DNA from: Ancylonema sp.
Taxonomy: Eukaryota
Direction: 5' to 3'
Assembly (NCBI GenBank): GCA_050230475.1
Contig: JBFLGF010000159.1
Coordinates: 62,001-83,125 of the forward strand
Length of the DNA: 21,125 nucleotides
Shown here piece after piece: positions 1 through 9,008 of this stretch (positions are counted from its first letter, which is position 1; every line of letters begins with the position of its first letter). The position numbers were made by a program, and so were the translations under genes. Under the pieces are notes generated by a model. The model had not been told where the DNA came from, did no database searches, and saw only the letters and a list, made by a program, of their open reading frames with translations.

Positions 1-622
1 GGGTCCCCAAGGTGGTTCTTTTCCTGTCAAGAGGGGTATCGCCAGATCATGGCGGTGAGGGGGAGGAGTATTTGCCGCTGATTCCGAGAACACGTCCGCG
101 TAGTCGTGGTACTCGGGGGGAAGTTTAGACAGCAGTTCAGGGTCTGGGGGGGGCGGGGATGGGTAGGGAACTGGCAGCAAGAGCGCGGGGGGGGGAAGTA
201 TTGGGGTGACAGGGGTGGGGGGGGGATTTGTGAGAAGGTGGGTGGGGTAAACTGAGCGCGGCTGGCAGGCATGCACTCTTGCAGTGGGGGGACGTGAACC
301 GCAAAGCGGCCTGCCAGTCGATGGACGGGTTGTGGCGCTGGAGCCAAGGGTAGCCTAGCACCATGGGAAAGTGGGCTAGGCGGGTGACGTCAAAGTGGAG
401 TGTTTTCGGTATGGGAGCCCAGACAGCGCAAACAGGCCCTTTGTAGAAATGCGTAATAGGGCCTGCGGACCGGAGCAATGCCATCAATCAACTCCACTTG
501 GAATGGGTGTGGGGTGGGGGGTGGTTGTCAGGTGGTGCTGAGCGAGCAGCGTGGGGTCTACGAAGTTTCCGATGAGGGCGTTGACAGAAATGGGGGGAAG
601 AGGGTACTGGAGTAGCTAGACT
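1..622 (-). pseudogene. Ty3/gypsy element 1: aspartic protease and start of the RT region, degraded, continuing off the left edge
   Basis: The minus strand reads ...LPPISVNALI/GNFVDPTLLAQHHL..., VELIDG, SAGPITH and FPMVLGYPWLQRHNPSIDW (retropepsin C-terminal motif). It then reads LPPEYHDYADVFSESAANTPPPHRHDLAIPLLTGKEPPWGP, the pre-RT segment typical of Tf1/sushi/Tcn1-like gypsy elements. Several frameshifts are present. Confidence 0.9.
591..622 (+). repeat. Left copy of the 32-bp duplication flanking the copia element
   Basis: TGGGGGGAAGAGGGTACTGGAGTAGCTAGACT; 31/32 identical to 7214-7245. Confidence 0.95.
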
Positions 623-1075
623 TAAGCTTTTGAGTGATTAGACGCGCCGGAATAATTAGGTGGGCGACAAAACGAACCGTACGCAAAAGGATCTCTATCA
701 CTGATGATCAACGAGACAGGAGTAGCGTGTGTGGAACTAATTATTATTATGATTGCATCGGGGATGGTAATACCCGATGCGCTTTACAGATTGTTGTGTG
801 CCGACGGTCGGCACAATTGACCGTCGGCCTATCATTGACTGACAGCTCTTCTACATGTCAACGGCACATGCCGGACATTTCTGACACGACTATACAAACC
901 AATCGCGACGCTTCAAACAAATAACGTCTCTAAGCGTCGGAAACATGTCAGGTGCCCGGGCACAAACTTGCCCGGCCCCGCATACAGGCACATCTAGAAT
1001 ATTGCTCCCGGTTAGAGTAACCGGTTACAACTGGACTAGCACGCATAACATATGGCTATCCAAAATATTCTAACA
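623..1075 (-). repeat. 3' LTR of the copia element (453 bp)
   Basis: Aligns end to end with 6753-7213. On the minus strand it starts TGTTAGAATATTTTGG and ends ...AAAAGCTTA. Confidence 0.95.
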
Positions 1076-1085
1076 CACCCACTCG
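1076..1085 (-). promoter_or_regulatory. Polypurine-tract-like plus-strand primer site of the copia element
   Basis: Minus-strand CGAGTGGGTG immediately precedes the TGTTAG start of the 3' LTR. It is short and imperfect. Confidence 0.65.
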
Positions 1086-1238
1086 GATGCCATGCTAAAG
1101 TTGGCATAGATGCAGACATCAAAAGGAGTACCCAAGTCATTGCCAAATCTGGCAGAACCCATTGCATAACATATAAAGCAGTTTTGGCTTCCCTAGCATA
1201 CAAGCGTGCTAGGGGTTTCTATCAATAACTGCAGCCGT

Positions 1239-1292
1239 TCGGAAGACGATCGGAAGACGATCGGAAGCCGATCGAACTCCAGAAGACGATCG
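1239..1292 (+). repeat. 11-bp tandem repeat (TCGGAAGACGA, 3 copies plus a partial copy) in the copia 3' untranslated region
   Basis: Units at 1239-1249, 1250-1260 and 1261-1271; partial unit at 1282-1292. Confidence 0.85.
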
Positions 1293-1749
1293 CTCCAGAT
1301 CCTTAGTCGTTTTTGGCCGACCCTGAACATACAAACAAATACCACAAGTTAGGCGAAATGAAAAATATTTTGGATAAAATATTTTTGATTTTTTAACTTT
1401 TTCAACTTCACGATTCTGAAACTTTACACTTTACAGTCAGAAAAATCTAAAAACAGCATAACTTCAAAATTACCAGTCCTATCATCACCCACTTTTGACA
1501 CAAGTTTTGCAACAATGATTAGAACATACATTCGAAAATTCAGAACAAACTGACAAGTTTAAAGTTGAGCAGATTCACACTTTCCTGAATTTTAAAGTGT
1601 CTTTTCAAGGTGTTAAGGTGAAAGTGTGACTTACTGGATGAGCTGAAGTTGGTGTACCCTCCCCATTACTTCTGCCTTAAAAGAAACATAACAACACACC
1701 CCTGCCAACATGCATGGCATTCGAAACCTTCGATCATAAAAATAAAAGA

Positions 1750-4700
1750 AACGACTGACACCCCCAGTTCAGTATCGACACCCCCAGTTCAGTATAACCG
1801 TCCAAAACCTACCAGTAAAACTTGGGGAAGAGCTTTAGTTAGCATATCTGCTGGGATTTGCGCCTGCAAGATACACATATTTTAGAGTCTCCCCCGTGCT
1901 GTGGCATTCCCGTACCCAGTGATATACCACATTAAAATGTTTTGCTTTCTGTCTTTGCACAGGGATTCTGGATCATGGAGAGAGAGCTGAGGTTGAGTCA
2001 GTGTGGATGTGGATTGTGATTTGGTGTGGGAATTTGAGTTCTTTCAAGAGAGACTTTAGATAACAGCATTCTTTAGACAAACTACAGGCAGCGATATACT
2101 CAGCCTCAGCAGTGCTTTGTGCAACAGTTGACTGTTTCTGTGACTTCCAACTAAGTGCTGTCCCCCCAACCGTGGTTACCCATCCTGTGACTGACTTTCC
2201 ATGATGCATCGCAGTAACCCTTTACTTCAAATTATGTCCTTTCCCACAAACGTCAGTCCGTGGTTGACAGTCCCTTTAAAAGGTATCTGAATAGTTGATG
2301 TAGAGCCCTTATGTGTGCCACCCCAGGATTTCCCATGTGTTTTGCCAGTACCCCAAGTGCATACCCGATGTCCAGTCTGGTTTGTTTCATGGCATATATG
2401 AGTGATCCCACTTTCCCACGAAAGTCTGTTTTTCTTAGGGGTAGGGGGAAGAGTTGTTCATCATTTCATTTTGTGTGAATTGAGTTCCAGGGGCGAGGGG
2501 GAGTTTGGTTACACTCATGCATCCCATAGCGTTCAAGCACTCCCCTAAGAATCCTGCTGTCCCAGTGTGAGCAGTCTTCTCTGTCTATCCCTCTTCAATT
2601 CCATCCCCAGGATATGGGTTAGGGGACCCAGATCCTTGACTTTGAACTTTTTACCCATATCTTCTTTAAAAGTTTTGACGACCATTGCGTTAGGACCTGT
2701 GATCACCTGATCATCATGTATGCCCAGTATGATTCTGCTCTTGTCTGCTTCCCCCCTCATATATATCATGCATTACGCATTGTGTAGTGTAAACCCTTTC
2801 AGATATCATAAACTTTTTGAACATCTCTTGCCACACGTGGCTACTCTGCTTTAGACCGTATAAAAGCCCCCTTCAGTCGTGTAAGACCTTTCCCTCAGCA
2901 CCCCCATTGATATATGCATACGTGGTGGTATTTTCATATAAACTTCTTCTTCCAGACGTCCATGCACAGGAACGCTGTGATTACGTCCATCTGTTCCAGT
3001 TCCCAGTCACAGTCATGGCTATAGAGAGGAGTAGAGTGATAGATGTACTGTCGATTACTGGTGTGCAAATTTCATTATAGTCAATACCCTCTTGCTGTAA
3101 GAATCCCTGTGCGACCAGTCTGACTTTATATCTTTAATATCCCCCTGTGGTGTTTGTTTTGACCTTAAAAACATATCTACACCCCACAGCCTTTTTACCT
3201 GGAGGAAGCACACACACCTCAAAGGTGTTGAACGTCTCGAGGGCAGCGAGCTCGTCCACAATGGCCCTGTCCCACTGGTCCCAGTCTGGCCTCATCATCG
3301 CATGGTTGAGGGTGAGTGGCTCGGAGGAGTTGCTGTTAGATGCTACGCATGCGTAGCCCGGATCCACAGGACCGTTGAAGCCAGTGTAGAAACTGCTGGG
3401 CTCCCACTCAGTCGCTGAGTAGTTGGCGTGAGCTGCCGTCATCAAACTCCTCCCCATCACATCACATGAGATCCCCATACTCGGCAATTTGCTCGCCTTC
3501 TAGCCATCACCCGATCAGCTTCGCTGCCTGGCTCCCCCCACTTCTGGGTTCGCACCCCCTCCTTGCACCTCCTCCTCCCCTGCATCTCCACCTCCTGCGT
3601 TGTTGATCCCTGACTGGCCGTCGGACAGCACAATCGTGGCGTTAGGGACCTCAGCAGCTTGGTGGCTGGAAGTTGTCGTGCGGATAGTCGATGGCAGCTG
3701 CTGGCTCAGGACTGCTGGTTCTGCTGGTGCTGGGATTGGCTGCAGAACTGCTGGCATCGGTTGCAGAACTGCTGCTGCTGGCATGTTGGGGTGGACTGCT
3801 GCTGCTGGCACCACTGCTGCTGGTTCATCTTCAGGGTCGGGGAAAAGGTAGAAAAAGTGTTTTTCTGCTGCCTCCTGAACCTTCTGGGGAGCTCTCCCCC
3901 CCATCAGCTTCGGGTACCCCGGCACCTCCTCAAAGAACCTCACGTCCATCGTGATATCACCCCAGCTCTATGGGGATCGAAAACATTGTAGCCTGCATGC
4001 ACTCCCCGCAGCCATCCCCACCCAGAAACACACCAAAGCAAGCAAGCAAGGTACGAGGGGCAAACTTGTCCCCTTGACTGTTCTTTTCCCCCCCCAACCT
4101 TCCAAATTTTGGACCAGACACCCGAAATTATGACTTTTGTTAACTGTCATTTCTCTTCCCCTCCCAGACCTCAATTTGGAATTTTTTCCCCAGAAAGCGA
4201 CTTAGGGTGTTCTATTCCTCAACCAGTTTGCATGTAACAATGCCACGTCCCAATAAGACTTCGGTAGACCTGACCAGATTAAGATGCATCGCATTTTTTC
4301 TGTCAATGTTCTATTCAGTCTTTCACAGATTCCGTTTTGTTCAGGACTATATGCTTCGGTGGTTTGCTTATCAATACCCTTCACCCTTTCCCCCACAGTA
4401 GTTTATCCAGTGAGACATATACATACTCCCCTTATCTGTCCGAATAGACTGTAGGGGCAGACCCGACTGGACCTCGAGCAATTGTATAGTGACTCTTGCT
4501 CGGTTCAGTGCTTCATCCTTTGTTTTTTACAAGCTCACAAATGACAGACGTGTGGATACCTCTATCCCTGTCTGAGCATATGTATAAATCCTCCGTTAGC
4601 TGACTTGACAGACAGTGGTCCAATGAGATCCAGGTGTATGCGACCCATCTTGGGGCATGTCCCCAGATCCGCACTGACCTTAGCATGACAGCTGAGTCAT

Positions 4701-5319
4701 CTTCCCCTGACAACAAACCTGACATCCCTTTACTTAATTCCATTCCCCCTGACTTAACTCTGGGATGTCCCCACGTCTGGCGAAATCTGACATCACATCA
4801 GAACTGGGGTGACCCAATTTGTGATGCCAGACCATGCCTGTGGACAAATTTGCTATAGTATCATGAGATCCAGGCATGACGATTGTGGCAGCAAGCAAAG
4901 TCAGACCACTAGGCTGCTGCAGCACATCAGCCCATTTCACATTTCCCTTGTTTAAATCAGGACCCGTGGGCAGCTGTAGAAAGCGCAGCCCACCTCTTCT
5001 GACGAGGCCCGATGTCGACACGAGGGTGCAGGCAAAGGTTGGGCCGTGGATCGAGCTGAGTGGCTGCACAAAGAAAGCGTCGCCATTCCTCACTCGGATG
5101 TGCACGAAAAACCAGTGCCCTCCAACCTTGGTGTGACGAGCCGTCACCAGTGGTGATGTAGGCCTTCTGCGTGCTCAGGGTAGGTGTGTACTCCCACAAA
5201 AATGTTCACCGTGCCGTGAAAATGTGGTCGGTAGCACCTGAATCCAGGATCAAGGAGGGGGAGTGAGAACCAGCAGACAATGCCCGGGCAACCTCGAACG
5301 AGAAAGCACCGAAAGCTAA
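1750..5319 (-). pseudogene. Copia pol (protease, integrase, reverse transcriptase, RNase H), heavily frameshifted as written
   Basis: Protease: LILDSGATDHI (~5240). Integrase: WHHKLGHPS, CQVCCQGKM, IHLDLIGPL, IRTDKG, YSPEQNGICERLNRTL. RT: EPLTLNHAM..WDRAIVDELAALETFNTF, KVRLVAQGF, QMDVITAFL, LYGLKQS. RNase H: SWKSQKQSTVAQSTAEAEYIAA, ADMLTKALP. The lower boundary is approximate. Confidence 0.93.
1757..1795 (+). repeat. 20-bp tandem duplication at the end of the RNase H region
   Basis: GACACCCCCAGTTCAGTATC followed by GACACCCCCAGTTCAGTAT. Confidence 0.9.
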
Positions 5320-6492
5320 CTAATCCACATTAGCGTTGAAAGGTTTGTCAGCAAAGCGAGCAAGTCTAGCTTGTGCATCAGCCCTCCTAGCAGCTTCTGG
5401 GTTCATTAGAGCCATGTCCGAGGTTCTTTTTCTACAATGTTCAATTGTGTGCCCTTCAATGTTGCAATATCTGCACTTCTGCCTCCCCCCTGAACTTCCC
5501 TGAGTAGCGTGCGCAACATTTCCAGCTGCTGGTGATGTCGCAGTGAGCAGCTCAGCTCGGTGGCCTGCCTGGTGGCACCTGTGTGGCACCTGTGACACTT
5601 CCAAGGCCCCGCATGGCCTCCGCCAGGAGCTGGTGAAGGGCAGTTCGCTCTGAAATTTGTGGCAGCCGAAGCATTCGACGCCTGCAGCGTCTCTGCGACC
5701 AGCTCCAGTCGCACCACCAGATCTGCTGCTACCTCCTGCTCCATTTCCCCCCCCAACAGGTCCACCATAATGCGCTTGGTGACCTCCTGGCAGCGCCCGC
5801 TCATTCAGCCTCTTCCGCACGTCGTCTCGCAGCAGCGCACTCACGATGTGTGGGATCGTGAAGAGGTGTGGCGACGACTCGGACCATGGCATCAGCGTTG
5901 AGACCATTGGGTTGTAATGCGTGTTTAACGAGTTCAGCAGGTTGATCGCATGCTTCGTCGGAGATACTGGCGCCCCCAGATTCTTCAGGTCCTGGTGCAG
6001 CTGCTGCAGACGCTTGACGTATACGTTGAGGTCCTCCGCCTCAGTCTGTATGATCGCGCTTAGCAGTGCTTCCGTATTTGCGATATCGATCGCACCCTGC
6101 ACCTGGTAAAATGTCCTCAAGGCATCCCACATTCCGGCAGCTGTAGTGCAGTCCGTAACGTGCGTCAGCTCCGAAGGACCTAGGTGCTTCACTATGTACG
6201 ACATAGCAGCCAGATTGTCTTCATCCCATTTCTCTAGCTCCAACAGCTGCTGGGAAATCTGTTGTTGTCTGACCAATATTTCGACATCCACGTCGATCCC
6301 CTTGGCGGCAAATTGCAGCTCGTTGTCAGGTGTCAATGGAAGGATAACGTCTGGGCGACACTTTCGCGGCAAGCTGTCCCAATCCATCACCAAACGATGC
6401 AGTTTCTTGTCCGCCAGCCCATACTTGACCTTGAAGGCCCATCCTGTATAATCAGCTCCAGTAAATTGAGGGATTTGCGACCTATCCGTCAT
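5320..6492 (-). CDS. gag: Copia Gag (nucleocapsid region locally frameshifted)
   Basis: Lies within ORF 5320-6570, probable start MTDRSQIPQFTGADYTGWAFKVKYGL (copia Gag N-terminal FxGxxYxxW motif). It has the TTAAGMWDALRTFY core and the zinc knuckle CRYCNIEGHTIEHC. Confidence 0.9.
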   Translation of the reverse strand: MTDRSQIPQFTGADYTGWAFKVKYGLADKKLHRLVMDWDSLPRKCRPDVILPLTPDNELQFAAKGIDVDVEILVRQQQISQQLLELEKWDEDNLAAMSYIVKHLGPSELTHVTDCTTAAGMWDALRTFYQVQGAIDIANTEALLSAIIQTEAEDLNVYVKRLQQLHQDLKNLGAPVSPTKHAINLLNSLNTHYNPMVSTLMPWSESSPHLFTIPHIVSALLRDDVRKRLNERALPGGHQAHYGGPVGGGNGAGGSSRSGGATGAGRRDAAGVECFGCHKFQSELPFTSSWRRPCGALEVSQVPHRCHQAGHRAELLTATSPAAGNVAHATQGSSGGRQKCRYCNIEGHTIEHCRKRTSDMALMNPEAARRADAQARLARFADKPFNANVD

Positions 6493-6736
6493 TATGGCAG
6501 CTATTGTGTAGGATTTCACAAAATTTCTCGCTGAGCTCGAGTTCTCAGTGCAATTCCTGCACTGCAGCACTCAGCTCAAAAACTTGCAGCGCAATGTCAA
6601 AATTACGTGCAGACCTTAACAACTACGAATATAATTTGCGCTCACTGGCAGAATATACCGTTCACAGAGATTACCGCAGCGAAATCGCGTGGAGCCTTTA
6701 GTTTTTAACCAACACGGCGTCTGAACTAGACCGCAC

Positions 6737-6750
6737 GTGGGCCCATAACC
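6737..6750 (-). promoter_or_regulatory. Primer-binding site complementary to the anticodon arm of initiator tRNA-Met (half-tRNA priming)
   Basis: Minus-strand GGTTATGGGCCCAC lies 2 nt after the shared LTR end. The plus strand GTGGGCCCATAACC matches the plant tRNA-iMet anticodon arm containing CAT. Confidence 0.9.
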
Positions 6751-6752
6751 TA

Positions 6753-7213
6753 TAAGCTTTTGAGTGATTAGACGTGCCGGAATAATTAGGTGGGCGACAA
6801 AACGAACCGTACGCAAAAGGATCTCTATCACTGATGATTCAACGAGACAGGAGTTGCGTGGTGGAACGAATTATTATTGTGATTGCATCGGGGATGGTAA
6901 TACCCGATGCGCTTTACAGATTGTTGTGTGCCGACGCGGCACAATTGACCGTCGGCCTATCATTGACACTGACAAGCTCTTCTACATTTCAACGGCACAT
7001 GCCGGACATTTCTGACACGACTAAACAAACCAATCGCGACCGCTTCAAAACAAATAACGTCTCCTAAGCGTCGGAAACATGTCAGGTGCCCGGGCACAAA
7101 CTTGCCCGGCCCCGCATTACAGGCACAATCTAGAATATTGCTCCCCGGGGTTAGATAGAGTAACCGGTTACAAACTAGCAAGCATAACATATGGCTATCC
7201 AAAATATTCTAAC
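6753..7213 (-). repeat. 5' LTR of the copia element (461 bp)
   Basis: Direct repeat of 623-1075 and adjacent to the PBS. It starts GTTAGAAT on the minus strand, lacking the terminal T seen in the 3' LTR. Confidence 0.95.
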
Positions 7214-7245
7214 TGGGGGGAAGAGGGTACTGGAGTAGCTGGACT
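7214..7245 (+). repeat. Right copy of the 32-bp flanking duplication
   Basis: TGGGGGGAAGAGGGTACTGGAGTAGCTGGACT; one A/G mismatch versus 591-622. Confidence 0.95.
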
Positions 7246-7308
7246 GATAGGTACAGGTGGCGAGGCTAGGGGGCTGGGTTGGGGATGGGGTGGGAGGGTG
7301 TGAAGGCC

Positions 7309-7355
7309 ATGCCCAGACAGACCCCTCCTAGGACTGTCCGGGGGCATCGTTTTTT
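7309..7355 (-). promoter_or_regulatory. Putative -1 programmed ribosomal frameshift signal at the gag-pol junction of gypsy element 1
   Basis: Slippery heptamer A AAA AAC (7355-7349) is in the gag frame and is followed by a stem-loop (ATGCCC..GGACAG / CTGTCT..GGGCAT). The -1 frame is the protease frame. Confidence 0.7.
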
Positions 7356-8290
7356 GGCTAGTCAGGAGAAGTGTCCAGAAAGCGGACCTGGCGGGCCTGG
7401 TTGGCCGGCGCAGGATTCGCGGTTATGGCCCGCGCCTCCACAGTACATGCACAGGTTTCCCTTCTTGCGCCTATCATATTCTGTGGATTCCAGCTGGAGC
7501 CGTTTGCGCCGGATCGAGCTCCATGGGGGTGACTTCTTGGAGGTGAGAGGGGGTGGGGCCATTGAGATGGGGAAGTGTAGGGTGGTTTGCGGGTTGCAGC
7601 GTCAATGCGACGGCTGTTGGCGAGGTTGGTTTCGACCAAGCCAGCAGCCTTCACAAAGGCGGAGAAAGTAGGGGGTTGTGTAGAACGCGCCAGCTCGCTT
7701 TGAATCGCAGACTTCAGCTTGGCTTTGAAGTTGAAAATCAGGGAGTGGTCCGTCCAGCGCGGCTGGAAAGTGTTCGTGATGTCCCTGAACCGAACAGAAA
7801 GCTCAGCCACTGATCCCTGTGTTGCAACTCGTGCAGGCGGCGTTCGAGGGCTGCCTGGTCCTCTCCCCCCCCGAATGTGTCGTCGAGTTCCTGGAAGAAG
7901 TCTGCCAGGGTCCAGTTTGTGGGGGGCTCTGCGGTGACCTCTGCGGTGACTGGATCGCAGACGGAGCGGAGCCGTCCAGCAGATTGCCCGCGAGGATCAG
8001 CTTTGATCTGGTAGTGTGATAGCGTAGGGGGCTGCCCAGAATGTGTTGGGTAACCCCAAAACGGAAGTTTTGCAGATCTGTTGACTTGCCCGAGAACATA
8101 GGAGGCAGGGGTAGGTTAAGGTCAGGGGCTGGGGTAGGGGCTGGTGGGTGAGGATAGTAAACAACATGGGGGGGGGGGGCGGGCTGGGTATAGGACTGCT
8201 GGTTAGGGGAAGGCTGAGTGTAGGGAGACTCATCAGCTAGAGGTAATTTGTTGGAACTCAGAAAATGTGGGCCGAGTAGATCCGGCCTCC
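7328..8290 (-). pseudogene. gag: Ty3/gypsy element 1 Gag, frameshifted
   Basis: Motifs DLNLPLPPMFSGKSTDLQNF...YHTTRSKLILAGNLLDGSA, RWTDHSLIFNFKAKLKSAIQSELA, and the zinc knuckle RRKKGNLCMYCGGAGHNRESC. It ends PKNDAPGQS*. The start is approximate. Confidence 0.88.
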
Positions 8291-8307
8291 TTATAGGACG
8301 CTATTTT

Positions 8308-8559
8308 TGTAACGGAGTTCCTCAATTTTCACGTGTGAGACGATCAATATTGGAATATCGAAAGTTGCCTTCATTTCCTGCATTTTTCGAGAATTAAATT
8401 CATAACGCGAATCTGAATCCATGAGAAATGGGAAGAAAAATGACAGAAATGAAGAAGGAAAATCTGAAAGATGGGGAGGAGAGGGGTGGGAAACCCTAAA
8501 GAATAAGCTCACTAGGTGGAAAACCGAAAAAGAACCTCACAAAATTTTCGCTCCTAACA
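8308..8559 (-). mobile_element. LTR-like segment (252 bp), probably the 5' LTR of gypsy element 1 or a chimera of LTR ends
   Basis: Bounded by TGTAACGG (8308) and CTCCTAACA (8559) and directly upstream of gypsy gag. There is no second copy in the window and no matching flanks. Confidence 0.5.
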
Positions 8560-8670
8560 TAGTGTTAGACCCCGGGAGGGGAAAGGATCTAGTTTGATGA
8601 ACACTCACAAAAGGGAAATGACACGATGGGAAAAGTGTATTAAAAGAAATATGTGAGTACATGAGATGTT

Positions 8671-9008
8671 TGTTAGGAGTGAGAAATCCTCCATCCTAAC
8701 TCGAACTATATAGTGAAATCTCGGCCTCGGCTAGCGACTTCACTACAAATGTGGGACAATGAGTATCGCTCGCTCTAAACGAACAAAACAACTGAAGTCG
8801 CAGCATACAAGAACTAGTCGCTATAAACGATCAACACTCGATATAACAATAGCGAAACTCTCCAAGGGCTCTAGCTCTCCCTAGAGCGACGACCCAAGTC
8901 GCGGTGGTACAAGAACACACACTCGCTACTAGCACACTAAGGCTAGTAGCGCTAGGTTAGGGAACTCGGCTAAAGGAGTAGCGAGGGTCCTAACAGTACC
9001 CCCCCCTC
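8671..9008 (-). mobile_element. 3' LTR (8671-8995) with PPT (8996-9008) of another gypsy-type element, body missing or unrecognisable
   Basis: Termini are TGTTAGGA...TCCTAACA. On the minus strand GAGGGGGGGGTAC directly precedes TGTTAGGACCCTCGCTAC, and the same 18-nt start recurs at 19864. Confidence 0.7.

Larger units (their letters stand above)
623..7213 (-). mobile_element. Structurally full-length Ty1/copia LTR retrotransposon (~6.6 kb), half-tRNA primed, nested in gypsy element 1
   Basis: Direct LTRs at 623-1075 and 6753-7213, PBS at 6737-6750, PPT-like tract at 1076-1085. The minus-strand domain order gag-PR-INT-RT-RNaseH is diagnostic of copia. Confidence 0.96.

Noticed and set aside
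634..924. 96-aa ORF in the left LTR and its counterparts at 6764-7067
   Set aside because: The ORFs lie wholly within LTRs, the frame is not conserved between the two copies, and there is no recognisable motif.
3600..3991. Cys/Trp-rich and Ala/Gly-rich plus-strand ORFs
   Set aside because: These are antisense shadows of the low-complexity, repeat-containing INT-RT linker of the copia pol.
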